A stretch of 64,000 nucleotides of DNA from Mytilus trossulus (Eukaryota): contig NC_086378.1 in NCBI RefSeq assembly GCF_036588685.1, positions 67,642,001 through 67,706,000 of the forward strand, in the 5' to 3' direction. Under the pieces are notes generated by a model that had not been told where the DNA came from, ran no database searches, and saw only the letters and a program-made list of their open reading frames with translations. The translations under genes and the position numbers were made by a program. Positions 12,193 through 26,305 of the stretch are shown one piece after another. Within the stretch, counting starts at the first letter, position 1, and every line of letters starts with the position of its first letter.

Positions 12193-15100
12193 CTGAAAGG
12201 AATTATTTTTTCATGTATTAGTAATATCAGAAAAAAAAACATAACATCATTGGAATTAATAAACTAAATATAATAAGGCTAAGTATCTCATCTCAAAATC
12301 AGGCATTTCGAAAAATCTTCAGTTTCGAGACATTTTTTTTGTTGTCAATTTGGTTTACAGTCGAAGTACTAAGTTGTATAATAAAAAGAGCAGCGCTGTG
12401 CTTGTCGACGTTATCGTTTTATAATATTTACACTTATGCGTATAACCAGTTTGGTTTTAAATATGTTGTAAATTCTTTATTGATGGCTTTAATAAAACAA
12501 TGCTTGTATTTATATCAATGGACGAAAACTGAATAGAAACGTGATTAACATATTACCAAAACATATGTTTGAAAAAAGCTTAATTTTGATTATTTTGATA
12601 AAATACGGTAATTTTGACTAGCGCGAGTTGCCGCCCTCTAATTTGGCGCTATGATAGGACAACAGTAATTTAAGGCTCGCCATTGCAGAGCAGCCTATTG
12701 CACTGACGAATACGACCATGTACATAAATAACAGACATGGTGGCGAATAGACAACGATCAAGGTAGAGTTATAACATAAGAAAACATATATTTCGATATA
12801 TAAAGCAGCCAAATGTTTCAAGTTCAGTTTTAAAAATAGGCGCACTGTCAAAGGGCCGAGCCACATTAATTAAATGGTGTTTGTATTGTATAATTTTATC
12901 AATAATGAACATGTCTTTTAAAAAATACATTGGTAGTTATGTTCATTTACAGAAAACGTTGGCAAAGCAGGGAAGAAAAAGCAAAGTTTCATTCTCATAT
13001 TAGTTCGTAACGTTGTCAAGATGTATGATTATACTAAAATGTTTTTAGCATTTTTTTTAGCAAAAGGCAAAATCACAAACATACCGAACGCTGAGGAAAC
13101 TTCAAGACATTTTATTATAGATTGTATGTGTGAACTGAAACCGTAGGGCAAAACCCATACAAAATGTGAATCATTTTAGAAGAAAAGAAAAAAAAATAAT
13201 TGCCTACTTCATAAGACATCAATTTACCTTAAATAAGTATGTAAGAGATGAATCAACGGTAACCACTATTACAAGCTCCTGTGTCGGACAATTACATAAT
13301 TAAGTTGTTGGATAAAACATGTTATTATATGATCAACTTTTCCCAAACCTAAACAAGTGCTGTTACAACACAACGTGTGAACAAACGATAACAATCAGTT
13401 ACAGCCGGATTTACTAAATATTCGTTACGAGGCACACGAAAGCTAGGTCAAACCAAATTCTTACTGATAAATTAATCAAGTTTTCACAGACTAAAGTGTC
13501 CATTAGTAAAAATCCAACCGCTTCAGTGTAATGTTGTCAAACAGACTGATAATCTGATGATCTTGAGCAGCGTCCAAATATAAACGAACATTATCGACAG
13601 GATATAGAATCGTGGTCTGTTTATAACATTCTATATGTACCTTGATAATTTTTAGCTGGTAAGATTCGTTATTCATACTTTAATGCTCGTATTTTATTAT
13701 TTCGTATGACGGTCATTCTGTGCAGATGATTTAAAGATTCAAAACTGTATGTGATTTTAAAACACATATGTAGTTAATCTCTGATACTTATATTTGTATA
13801 TGTAAATTCTATACGCTTAATTGGTTTTGAATAAAAGAACATTATTATAAGTTTGAGAATTTACAAAAAAATAATTATTATAAAAGCTTTAATCAGATCC
13901 ATGAAATTGCAAAATAATAGAAGTTCTTAGCATAAATAATTGACAAGGCATGTTTGCTGGTATTTTTAAATCATGAAATGCATACTTATATGAAAATAAT
14001 GATGGAACAAAGGTTTGACATTTTGGGCTGCCTAATCCTTACTATTCTGTGTACTTTTGTATGGTGTCATTTCTGAAACGTTTCATGAAGCTTTTCGATT
14101 ATTAAACAAATGTAAAATTAAATGTTGAAATTTAATATATATTTTTTTTCTACATACTTTAACTATTAAATAGACTTATTTTTTGCAATAAACATTTAAA
14201 TACACGATTTGGTTTTTTCTTTGAGTTTTTCGTGAATTAAACTTGGGAGGAAGCTACCTCAAGAAAAATACGTTTTTTTTATTTTTGCTGTACTTTACTG
14301 ATAAACATGTATATATGATACTTTTCGACTAACAGCAACAATAACAGGCGATACACAGGGTTATGTAGAACTCTTTCCGAATAATGAATTAAAATTAAAA
14401 GTACTTATGCCTATAGCAAAGTTACCAAAGATTGTATATATAAATAATAATTGCACACATTAGGTCTATTTTATCTATAAAATTGATGGAGGTTGCGTGC
14501 ATGAATAACTCATCATTCCCTATTATCGAAAGCAAGGACACTTTGGCGAAAATGACGGCACATAAGATGTTAAAACAAACTGCTTACACACTACAACTCA
14601 TCATCATTAACCTGCTGACCAAATATAAATTCATTCCCTTAAAAAAGGTAAGGACAATTAGATCAATATTATCCTTGCAAATGAGTGTTGAAATACTTCA
14701 AACTATTCGCAAAAGGATAGTGGCTGCAATAGGAATGTTAAAATTTCTTAGAACATGCTATTTATCATTACGAAGCTGCTGGTCAATATACATTTGACGA
14801 AACATTGCTACAAACATTCTTTCGGACAAACGAACGGCAAGATACTAAGTAGATGAACATAACAGTTCGTAGTCTGCTCTGGTCTTCGGCAACGCAATGT
14901 AATAATCTCAACCGTTAATATCAGCCCAATTAATTCCTAGCACTCTTAAACCGTGAGATATTTACAAATACTATAGACATAATAGATTAGATACCAAATG
15001 AAAGAACAGATTGTTTAAATGTCAAGCATCCAAAGCGTATCTCTAAATTGAAAAAGGTAAGCAACATTTTATAAAAAAAATATATAATTAAAAGTTACTA

Positions 15101-18100
15101 AATCAGAATGGCAAAGACCATCTAAATTTTATGTCAAATTTAAACGAGGGAGTTGGAAGCTTAGTTATGTAATTATTTCTAAATGTTTCAAATAAAATTT
15201 AGAAATATATGCTATATATCATATTAACGGCTTAGCACTGACTACTGCATTGATGGTGTCATCTGGACTAACAGGCTACCAGCCAAACAAAATAACTTTA
15301 TAAATTTGCACAACAGTAGCGTTTCACTGGATATACCTTCATCATGAAGTCCTAAACCGAAATCTGAAAGTCTTCTTTGCATAATTGCATAAGGATATGT
15401 ATGCTCAAAAGAGTCCCAAATCCAGGTTCAACCCACCATTTATTCCTTTAAAATTGTCCTGTACCAAGTCAGGAATATGGCCATTGTTATATTATAGTTC
15501 GTTTCTGTGTGTGTTACATTTTAACGTTGCGTCGTTTGTTTTCTTTTATTTTTTAGTGTAAATTCACATTGCGATAAGACGTGTCCCGGTACTTGTCTAT
15601 CCCAAATTCATGTATTTGGTTTTGATGTTATATTTGTTATTCTCGTGGGATTTTGTCTGATGCTTGGTCCGTTTCTGTGTGTGTTACATTGGAGTGTTGT
15701 GTCGTTGTTCTCCTCTTAAATTTAATGCGTTTCCCTCAGTTTTAGTTTGTTACTCCGATTTTGTTTTTTGTACATGGATTGATGAGTTTTGAACAGCACT
15801 ATACTACTGTTGCCTTTATAAACAAAATAGCCAAGACCCTGTAAAGTAAACTTTGTCTAAGGGTGTTTTAGCATTAGTTGCTAAATTATTCTTAATTCAT
15901 AGATAAACGTTAAAAGTAATGCAATAATATAACATGGTTTAAAAGGTTAAGTAACAAAAAAAACGAAATGCAATGATAGTTCAAAACGGAAAATCTCTTA
16001 ACAAATGGCAAAATCCAAAGCTCCTACACATTTAATTTGATAGCAACTGGCATATTCCTGACTACTGTAGAATATGGTAGATTAAACGTAGTTTAACCTC
16101 TCACTTGTGTTACAGTCGAATAACATTTCACGATATCGACATCAATTTGTGAGTAAAACAAACACACGTAATATGTTAAAATTTCATAATTTGAATACAG
16201 CAGTCAATTTTATCTGAAACACTATAACAACTTATAACTTAACAAGTAACAAACTGCCTGTTGACAAGTTATAGAAAAGAACATTACCAAAATATGAAAG
16301 AAAAAAATGACCATACCACAATGGCAATATGTTTAAAAACCGAGCAACGCGAAAAAGGATTTTATCAAAAAAGGATAACAGTATAGGTTAAAAAAACAAT
16401 GAAAAATAAAAAGAACACTTTAACACGTGATTAAGATGATAAACAACGCCAATACCTAGAATCAACACTTAAAGATTATATTTTATTTGTGAATTTGATA
16501 AGGAATATTTATCAGCAAAATTTTGTTATCTTCCGATGAACGTTTATAGAAAAACGACTGGACGTTCTTTAAAATTCCATTGGTTCAACTTTCTGCTCAA
16601 ACACTCGTAACTAACTTTTTGTTCGACAAATGCCTTTATCAAGTCAGGAATATGACAGTTGTTTTACTAGCGTTTGATGTTATACATTTTTAGTCTTCCT
16701 TTTTTTAATTTTTCCTGGAGTTTGTTGTTATTTGTGTTGTGCTTTCTGAATACTGGACTTGTGGTACCTACACGGGAAAATAGTCCAACAGCAACAGTAT
16801 TCATCCAGTAATATAAAATTTAAAAAAAAACAACATTTGAAACAAAATTACTTTTTAAATAGAATGATTCTCTGTTTATTTATTCATAAAACGAAGAGCT
16901 ATATGATGTTTAAACAAATCTAGAAAATAATCAATTGAATGTTACGATGCAATTATCACAATTTTACCATAATTCTAAAGCAATAAATATATTCGTTCTA
17001 TGATCACTTTCTTACCTTGAAGGAAAACTAAATATTGGTGAATGGAAACTGACAAAGAGATGTAATGTGGCAGATGAAAATAAGGGGCGAAATGGGATTT
17101 TATCTCAAAATAGTTGTACTATTAACCAAAATTAGTTCATTTAATGGAATGTTATATGTTTAAAGATAATTCCAAGGAATATACCTTTTTTAAAACTTAT
17201 CGTACTGATCTTTTGAAGATACATTAGCTTTTTAGAAGGAATAAATCGGAACAGAACCCCTTATGTTAGATTACAGTCATTCTCTATAGTATTTGCAACC
17301 TATATTTTTGTACTTTATCGAATCCGAATGTATTTGTTTATTTATTATGTTCTTTGTTAGAAAAAGGTCAGTTTATTCTTTTGTGTTTTAATGAGAATTT
17401 TATTCATGTTGTACAATCTTCTTAAGTATTATTGACTACAACAATTTGCATCCGCTCTAAACGTTTAAACCTACGTATTATAACATTGGTTTTGTAACTT
17501 CGAACATGTTGTTCATTACCGCATCAGAATATATAACCAGCTGTTGGTTCAAATCGTATTTGATAAATATTGTCGTGACGAAGTAAGGTCATGTTTTTTT
17601 ACGGATTTGTTTTTATAAATTTCTGAATTACCAGTATTTTATAAGGTCTAACCAATCTTATTATACATAATTCCCAAACTTTACCATATATTTCTCATAA
17701 TAACTCTTCTTTTAATCTATGATTTTGACTGTCCCTTTAGTATCTTTCGTCCGGCTCTTCCCTGAAAAGTTTATTTTAAGGTATGGACTTTTGTCATTAA
17801 TCACTATATGTATATACCAATATAAAATGAAATTTTCTTGAAACTTGCTAACATTGATGGACAGACCTTGATATTAGCTAACAAAAATAGATGCTAAAAT
17901 ATCTTTTAGATATGTACCATTGTTTGTTGTATTCTTGTCAACTTTGGCATGGGAATGACGTACATGTATTTTGATCACCACTAAATGAAGCGCAGGTGCT
18001 CCTACTATGAATTCCTCACAAAATAGGATATTAGATAGTGTCGACTTTTTTTTGTGCTCAGTTCAAGCCTGGTATTTATGATGAATTTATTCATCGGGAT

Positions 18101-18378
18101 TTAAAACTTGTACTGTTTTTCACTTCAGGGATTAATAGAAATAAAGTGTTTATTTGACAATATTCTATATTTGGAACAAGATATTAACAAGGAGTATCTG
18201 ATTGAATTACATCTTTTGTTGAAATACTAGTTTGTACTAAAGTATGCTGTCTTCTAGATAGTTTGCTGTTGTTTAATTCCTTTTGACTGAGTGACATGGG
18301 ACCCACTTCTCATTTTATTTATATGATGATTAATATAATCAACATGAACGCCTCTACAATGAAGTTGGAATAATCGAT

Positions 18379-19076
18379 TTATACTTTCAGAAGGAGATCT
18401 TTCTGCAAGATTTCAATTATTTCTGATCGTTTATTTTTTTCCGCGTAAAATAAAGCTGTTCGACCATCGTTGTCTTTCTGATCGACGCAAGCTTTATGTT
18501 CGCACAATAATCGAACTATATCCACTCTGCCTTCCCTACAGGCAAGGTGTAAAGGCGATCTGTTATCGGATTTACTTTGATTAACGTCTGCACCATTTTC
18601 TAAAAGCAGCTTTGCAATCTCTGTATGGCCGTTGTAACTAGCTAGGTGTAGCGGAGAAGATCCATTTTTGTTGGGTTCATTTACGACTCCGCCATTCTTA
18701 AGAAGAAGTTCGACCACATCTTTGTGATTTTCATGTACTGCCAGATGTAACGGTGTTGATGTTTTGAGATTATTAACTTGGTGAACGTTGGCTCCATTTT
18801 GTAAGAGCAATTCAACTATTTGTAAATGACCTTCGTGTGACGCTAAATGTAAGGGTGACGATCCATTTTCATTACCTTTATTTACAACTTCTGTAGCTCC
18901 TTTACTGAGCAAAAGTTCAACGACATTCGTATGACCTTCATGTGACGCTATGTGCAGTGGTGTTAAACCCGAATGATTCGCTTCATTTACTAGAACTCCT
19001 TCTTGAATTAAAACTTCTACCAATGACTTATTTCCCTCATGACATGCGTCAACCAATGATGTTGAGAATTCCATTT
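18379..19076 (-). CDS. Terminal exon encoding 7 ankyrin repeats
   Basis: Repeated G-x-(T/S)PLH(L/I)A...GH..(V/I)VELLL..GA motifs at ~33-aa spacing; AG acceptor at 19077-19078. Confidence 0.95.
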
Positions 19077-22000
19077 CTAAAACAGATTAACGAATATCTT
19101 GTTCAATAAAATAATGATAAAACAAAGAACAAAATAGATATATAGATTCACAACTGCAACAAGTGTATTACGATATTTCTCCAGCACTCGATACAATTAA
19201 ATTTTAATATTTAAAGCGCGAAACTTGTCGAGAGTGGAGGAATATCATAATACAGAGTAATAAGGTAGAATCTGTTTCTTTAGTGATTTGTATCCTTTCT
19301 GTTCAAAAATATAAAGATAGCTGTGTAGTTTTATGTGACGTCATCAGACATGGTCGCGTTTTTTCATGACATCACAATAGGACAATAGGTGAACGTTACA
19401 GTTAAATGTCGACCAATCAATTTCCAAGAACATATTTTTCATTTACAAGGAGAAATATTTTTCACCCACGAATGAAGAATTGTAAAAAGACCGCAAACAT
19501 TAGAGAAAAGGTAATATAACTGATTATACGATATCTCATAACAGACGTAACGTAATGTCACCACCTCCTTAAACTATCATAAAATTATTTTTGAAAGATT
19601 TGTATTAAAAACACCCTCCTTAACTATAGAATAATCATTTTTAAGAATACAGCAACATAGTTTATGTAAGCTTTCGTTTTTTATTATAAAAATTTAGCAA
19701 AATAACATGCCAAACTTATAAGTATGACACCGATAACATGTGTTTCAAATTCAATGATACAGCATAGTCGATATACTTGTCCTTTACTTGTAGTAAGGTG
19801 TGAACGTTTGGTCGAATTCAAAGCCAATATATACCGCTGCTTTTAAGATATACAGCGCTTTCTGAGATTTAGGCTTTGTCTTTATTATATGCATATTATT
19901 TGTACTGTGTCATTTAGAAAAGTGTCATACAGTTACACAATCATTCTCATTTTGATAAATACAGTAATGTCTGTAAACTTGACAATCCGAATTTTTATTG
20001 CCAAATTAACGAGTTTTGTTTTGAAACTTACGATTCCTACTAGGATGTTTAGCTTGTCCGAATGACTCGATTTCTGCTCCGATTGTTGGGTTTAACTTTT
20101 TCACAGCCTAGGTATAGATACAAAGATATTTAATAGATTATCAATCAAATCGATATAAATGTAACACTTCCTCAGTATAGTATGTGGGGGAAATAGACGT
20201 GTCACAAAGTTAATATACGAATAGCACTTCAAGCCCTAGTAGAGACCATCTCAAATTGTATTGATGCTATTTTATGCCGGCGACCTGTATGGGTTTTTTT
20301 ATATGCCGCATAGATATTAAAGGATGTAATCTTTCGTTGACTTGTTGGTGATCTTCTGCTGTTGTCTTTTTCTATGGTCGGGTTGTTGTCTCTCTGACAC
20401 ATTTCCCATTTCCATCCAGCTGAAGGACGACGTCGGGTGCGGGAATTTCTCGCTACATTAAAGACCTGTTCCTGACCTTCTGATGATGTCTTTTCTATGG
20501 TCGGGTTGTTGTCACTCTGACACATTCCCCATTTCCATCCAGCTGAAGGACGACGTCGGGTGCGGGATTTCTCGCTACATTAAAGACCTGTTGCTGACCT
20601 TCTGATGATGTCTATTCTATGGTCGGGTTGTTGTCACTCTGACACATTCCCCATTTCCATTATCAATTGTATTTCGTTAAATATTTTAATTCTTTTAGAA
20701 TTGTTAGAAAAAATTGTCACCGTATGTCAATACGTGAGTACCAGTGAAAATTTCAAACGTTTTCGAATTGATTAGCCTTGATTGAGCACGCGAAACCTCT
20801 TTCAATTAAAACTGAATGCTACGAATATCACACTCGTGCTGACATTGGCGTTAATCACCGACCATTCAATAAATAACCACGAACACGAAAATACAATTGA
20901 TAATTTATTCCACTTTCATGTTGGTCTATATGCGAACATTTAGCACATGCAAATTGAAAGCGGCTTAACAAAATCAGGTTGTGTCTTAAAATAGAGCGTT
21001 CACATTTTTTTACAAATCCGCATGAGTATAAAAATGTGCTAAACTTATCCTAAATTTATTAGCATATCAATAAACTCTTAAGGTATAACTCCATTAATAC
21101 AAAATCCCGTCAAAATTCAATAACAGCTAATTTTAAACCATGTGTGCATTATACAAAAGTATAGGCCATGAATTTTTAAATATAATAAATAGATGCAACT
21201 GCATTGAAAATTGCCTTTCAAACATGTAGGACTATTGTTATTTGCCCGTTTTGGGAAATTCTTATTTACAAAACTGTTTTATCTGCCTGGGAATTCTGTT
21301 TTATTTTTTCGAAAGAATACAATTATAAGACGACGGCCAAGGTGACTCGGATATACAATATACAGCTGAAAAACACTAAGAAAATCAGTAAAATAAGTCT
21401 GCACCAGCGTTACAAATTTATATGTCTATTAGGTCATCATCCCAGCATAATTTAACATCATTCATTTAATCTTTTCCAAAACGTGATTTTGTCAAATTCT
21501 ATTAATGTTTGGGTCAAAACTCAGTTAGGACCACCCCTCAAGTTCAGTTGAGTATGCAATAAATTATTAAAATTTGTTTCTCAGAAGACTTCCTTGAGAT
21601 GTCACAATTGTTTGCTACATTTTAGCATTCAAATGCTGTGTACTTATTCCTTTTATAATCTATGAAGAACATAGAATTGAGGAAGAAAATGGGGAATGTG
21701 TCAGAGAGACAACAACCCGACCAAAGATCGGAAAACAGACGAAGGTCACCAATGGGTTTTAATACAGAGAGAACATCCCTCACATTTTATTTTTCCAGTT
21801 CGCTGTATTTTACAAGTACCGCAAATAATATAAAAAAACTGACAGTATTGAATATTTAAACTAATTAATATACTGGCCTTTATGACATCATCGCAAATTT
21901 GTTTGAATTCTGAATCTGGAAAGCTAAAATATGTCGCATGTGCTATTTTATTTCGGTAGAATTTAATTGTAGATACCGCTGCTTCATCATTGCGGTCAGT

Positions 22001-23400
22001 TGGAACTGGTACCACGTTATCACAAATTTTCATTCCAACAATATGCCGCAGGAGGCACGTCATTAACGATATATCCAGGTGTTCAGATCGAAGTTCCACA
22101 CCTAAATATACAAGACAAAATATACCTTTTGACTTTCAGCATGTACATGTATCTCTTAAAATTTATTTCTCCCTATCATTTATTAATCAATTTCAAATAC
22201 ATTGAAGGATTAGCACTCATAGCTAGGTATCTTATGTCACAATCCCAGTAGTCAGCACTTTTTGTGCTGACATGATTTGTCATTGATATTGTTATATTTA
22301 TAAATTTACTGTTTACAAATTTTTGATTTTTTAAAAATACTAAGGCTTTTCTGCCTCAGACAATGATTTCATTAGCTGTATTTGGCAAAACATTTAGGAA
22401 TTTTGGTCCTCAATCCTCTTCAACTTTGTACTTTATTTGGCCTTTTTAACTTTTTGGATTCGAGCGTCACTGATGAGGCTTTTGTAGACGAAACGCGCGT
22501 CTGGCGTATACTAAATTTAGTCCTGGTATCTATGATGAGTTTATGTACCCTATACTGTTTTATCAACGTCAAGAATACATTGATAATTATATTTAAAAAA
22601 GTAGACTTCGTCCCTCTTGATCTTTATACTGTTACTATTAGACGCTCGTGTGACAGTGTGGAATATATATCTACCGTGTCATAAACTTGAATAACCGCAT
22701 AAACCTCATGCTAAGCAGCAGATAACAAAAAAGACCAGAACCACATAGACAAATTAAATGTGTATGTGTGTGTGTGTGTTAAATTTGTGGATTGAGTATA
22801 TATAATTTAAAAAGTAAAATCACAAGAATACTGAGCTCCGAGAGATATTCAATCGGAAAGTCCCTAATCACATGGCAAAATCAAATGAAAAATCACATCA
22901 CAAACGAATGGACAACAACTGTTATATTCCTGACTTGTTACAAGCATTTTTAAATGTAGAAATGCAAAAATAACTTCTTGTTGTGATTTGTAATACACCT
23001 GTACTTTATTTCATGTTCATGTCAAAAACTATCATAAAATAGTTGTACTTAAATCCTTACAAATATAAATTGAAAGTAGGCTTACAACTCCAGAAATTGA
23101 ATAATAAAATATAATGTTATTAGGCTAAGCGAACAACAAATGGATACACTCCATGTCTTATACAAAAAGAAAAGTATAAATACCTTTTGGTGGTTTTAAG
23201 ATTTTCTGTTGGGTTTGACTTAATCGACCCAGCTTGTTGTTGTTCAAATGCTTGAAAACTTCTTTCTGCAGTCTAACGGGGTCAATTTCTCTATCAACGA
23301 TATATCTAAGTGCCTGGAGTGAATGTTTAGACAGCATGAAAGCGACATTGAGAAAGTTTTCTTCTTCTTTTGACCGTGTAATAGTGACTGATGAAGACAT
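18379..23400 (-). CDS. DZIP3/hRUL138-like HEPN domain + 7 ankyrin repeat protein, ~404 aa; coding exons 23184-23400, 21878-22101, 20032-20107, 18379-19076
   Basis: Intron phases 1/0/1 join into one frame: MSSSVTITRSKEEENFLNVAFMLSKHSLQALRYIVDREIDPVRLQKEV...QQKILKPPKG-VELRSEHLDISLMTCLLRHI...PTDRNDEAAVSTIKFYRNKIAHATYFSFPDSEFKQICDDVIK-AVKKLNPTIGAEIESFGQAKHPSRNQ-MEFSTSLVDAC... Motifs EEENF, DISLMxxLLR and YRNxxAH are typical of DZIP3-like HEPN. Alternative in-frame ATG at 23421. Confidence 0.85.
20335..20670. repeat. Common interspersed repeat fragment with an internal ~122-bp tandem duplication
   Basis: CTATGGTCGGGTTGTTGTCNCTCTGACACATTCCCCATTTCCAT occurs three times; same family at ~25780-26070, 21675-21760 and 32385-32700. 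Confidence 0.75.
21878..22101 (-). CDS. HEPN catalytic exon (R-X4-H motif RNKIAH)
   Basis: Acceptor tatttag|GT at 22102-22103; open frame carrying LDISLMTCLLRH and IKFYRNKIAH; ends at AAG|GCCAGT (GC donor). Confidence 0.85.
22465..22506 (+). ncRNA. Minimal type I hammerhead ribozyme within a ~350-bp retrozyme/Penelope-type repeat (stem II has one mismatch)
   Basis: CGTCA-CTGATGA-GGC ttttgta GAC-GAAAC-GCGC-GTC-TGGCG. Confidence 0.7.
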
Positions 23401-23442
23401 GACGGTAAAACATTGGTGCATCACGGCACGGTATACATCATT
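23184..23442 (-). CDS. First coding exon of the HEPN-ankyrin gene (includes short 5' UTR)
   Basis: Acceptor ttttttag at 23443-23444; donor G|GTATTT at 23183; encodes SKEEENFLNVAFML...ALRYIVDREI. Confidence 0.8.
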
Positions 23443-23895
23443 CTAAAAAAAATGTTAAAATATTGTCACGTTTTGTATGACAGATTGTGGGTATAAAATT
23501 CATATATAGTAGCTTAACTAATAGATAATTGTAATCAATAGACAGTTATGAAGTAACACAACTGTGGTACATTTGCCAGTTTTTTTTATACCACAGCTGT
23601 TTGATATCATATACACTATATGGATTTTCAATAAACCATAGGTATTGACTATTACATATATTGATTAAGGGGATTGACAAATAACAAAGCAGAACAAATG
23701 GCGCCATATTAATTTATTATGTGAATTAGAATGATTAAATGTCTGAGAACAATAGATCTTACGCATTTAGATAGAAAAAAATAACAATATTATAGTAATA
23801 AACTTACATGTCTATTTGTGTACCGCGCTCTATCATCAAGGAAGTAATATGCACCATTCCTGACACTGAAGGCGTATCTTAAATATGACTATAGC

Positions 23896-23907
23896 GAAAC
23901 CGAAAGT
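23896..23907. promoter_or_regulatory. ISRE/IRF-E-like element GAAACCGAAAGT at the 5' end of the HEPN-ankyrin gene
   Basis: Matches the IRF consensus GAAANNGAAAG/CT. It lies ~90 bp upstream (minus strand) of a strong donor GTAAGTT at 23801-23807 that would close a non-coding first exon. Confidence 0.5.
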
Positions 23908-26263
23908 AAAGTTGTGTTTTCTAACCTGAAACTGTCGACCGTTTTCTAAAAATCAATATTATTGAAAGATCTAAAATTGAAATATGGGCTATTGTGACCA
24001 TATCCCCTTTTGGATTTGACTTTAGTATTGTTTAATACCTTGAATTGTAATAGCATATAAATTGCAATACGAGTTTTAAACATAACTGTTATTAACCGCT
24101 TGCAACACAGCTTTCATGTCTACATTTGTACATTACGATTTAACATGTTTAATACATTCTTCGAAGATATTAGTCAACCATTTGTGTTTTTTCCTATTAT
24201 AAATTTGGTTATTCTTAACAACAACTTACAATATGTGGATGCATGTCTCAACACGTAACGAAGATGATTCGTTATGTTTCATATTAATTTCAAGAAGTAA
24301 ATATTAATTTATTTATGAAAGATATATAACTCGATTATATCTTTAAAACATTCATCATGAGACTGAGGTCTACTCAGTGAGTTATTTACACGCTAAATTG
24401 AGACAGAAAGGGATGTAACGGGTATCACAAATTTCAAACTTCTTGTGTGTTATTCGACGCCGGGCGTTCACAATTGAAAGCTTCAAACAAGATTAAGATG
24501 GTGATCACGAAAAAAAGATTAAATCGCAATTCTAAAGTATTTTGTTACATCTAAGCTACCTGCACAAAAAGAAAAAGAACGATTCAGCGAAAACAGTCTA
24601 TGAACTAAGCCCAAGAATTTGCATCAAAATGATGTTGAATAAAAAGTGAACTTATCTCCTGCACCACTTAGAAAACACCATATTTTCAAATTAAACTGTC
24701 AAATCAATTATATTATGTTAGTTCACAGACACCACATGGTTTCTCTCTTCACCTAAAGGTGACAATTGTTGCAAGGAGGGATAAAAATGAAATACACAAT
24801 ACCATTCAAGAAAGTTATTTTTTTTCATTATATATATATATATATATATATGATTTTGATTTTTTTACAAAATTTATTTTTTTAATAAATTGCAAGATTA
24901 AAATAATTTAAAAACCATATATAAAAATAATTAGTTTTCAAATATATCTTGAAAGGCAGGATACATCAAAGAATATTTCCAATTTATTTTTTTTAAATTT
25001 AGAAAAAAGGGGGAGGGTCGACCCCAAATGTGCCTGTGCATTTTCCTAAAACTTTCAAAGTTTTACAATTTTGTGTTTAAAACATCTGTTACTTAAGTAA
25101 TATTATCGGTCGCCTTATCAGTATGAAATGACAGATTTATAGCACTACTTAACCATGAAGATATGAAATTTTCACTTTCGTGTGCATGGATCTAGGACTG
25201 AAAACGCGATTCGGACTCCTAGCTTATTTGCTTTGGTGTATAACCAACGACTAAGCATACTTTGTACTAGTTTGTATTTTGACAACTTATGTTGCAGTAA
25301 AGAGTTGTGCTGTGACAAGTTCTTATCAGAATAAAAATTATTACTCTTCATAAATAATTCTTAATCCATTTTTAAAGACTCAATCTCTCAAAGCTCAGCC
25401 TGACCAACCAATGTCTTCCATGTTCTGATTTTTTTAATGTTACTACAATTAATAAAGGAAAATCATCGTTTTATTGTTCAGAACACTTTATATCACTTTG
25501 GCATCAACAAAAATGTGAATGTTACGTAATTACGTACGTGCAATTCAATGAAATTGATTATTATGAAATACATTTCTTTTCTTTATACTTGTTTTACCTA
25601 AGGCAGGGGAGGATAAACATTTAAATTTATTTAAGACTTTCCTTCTCGTCTGTACGATAACATTACCATTTCATGCACAATACCAAATAAATCTGTGGTG
25701 AAATGAATTTGATATTGTATAGCCAAAGATCGTTTTGTTGAATACTAATACAAAATCATATATATATATTTAACTCACCAAGACATGTTTAACCCCGCCG
25801 CATGTTTGTGCCTGTCCCAAGCCAGGAGCCTCTGGCCTTTGTTAGTCCTGTAATATTTTAATTTTAGTTTCTTGTGTATAATTTGGAAATTAGTATGGCG
25901 TTAATTATCACTGAACTAGTATGTATTTGTTTAGGGGGCAGCTGAAGGACGCCTCCGGGTGCAGGAATTTCTCGCTACATTGAAGACCTGTTGGTGACCC
26001 TCTGCTGTTGTTTTTTCTATGGTCGGGTTGTTGTTTCTCACATTCCCCATTTCCATTCTCAATTTTATTTCTGACCAATCATATACATGTATTGAAATTC
26101 AAACTCGAGACTGCGAAAAGTTTGTAAACCGTTAGATTTAATAGCTATAATGAAACTATGAATATGGATAATGACTTGTTTGTGGTGACTCCAAAACTTT
26201 GATATTTTTTATTTCACCTATGTTTATAATAGTTATCAAAGGTACCAGGATTATAATTGTGTA

Positions 26264-26305
26264 CGCCAGACGCTCGTTTCGTCTACATAAGACTCATCAG
26301 TGACG
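26264..26305 (-). ncRNA. Minimal type I hammerhead ribozyme (intact core) in retrozyme/Penelope-type repeat ~26225-26490
   Basis: Reverse complement reads CGTCA-CTGATGA-GTC ttatgta GAC-GAAAC-GAGC-GTC^TGGCG: CUGAUGA and GAAA core, GUC cleavage triplet, stems I-III paired. Confidence 0.85.

Noticed and set aside
14483-14900. Coding-looking stretch (LEHAIYHYEAAGQYTFDETLLQTFF...)
   Set aside because: Frames are broken by stops, with no recognisable domain or consistent splice sites. It may be a decayed gene or TE fragment but cannot be supported without a search
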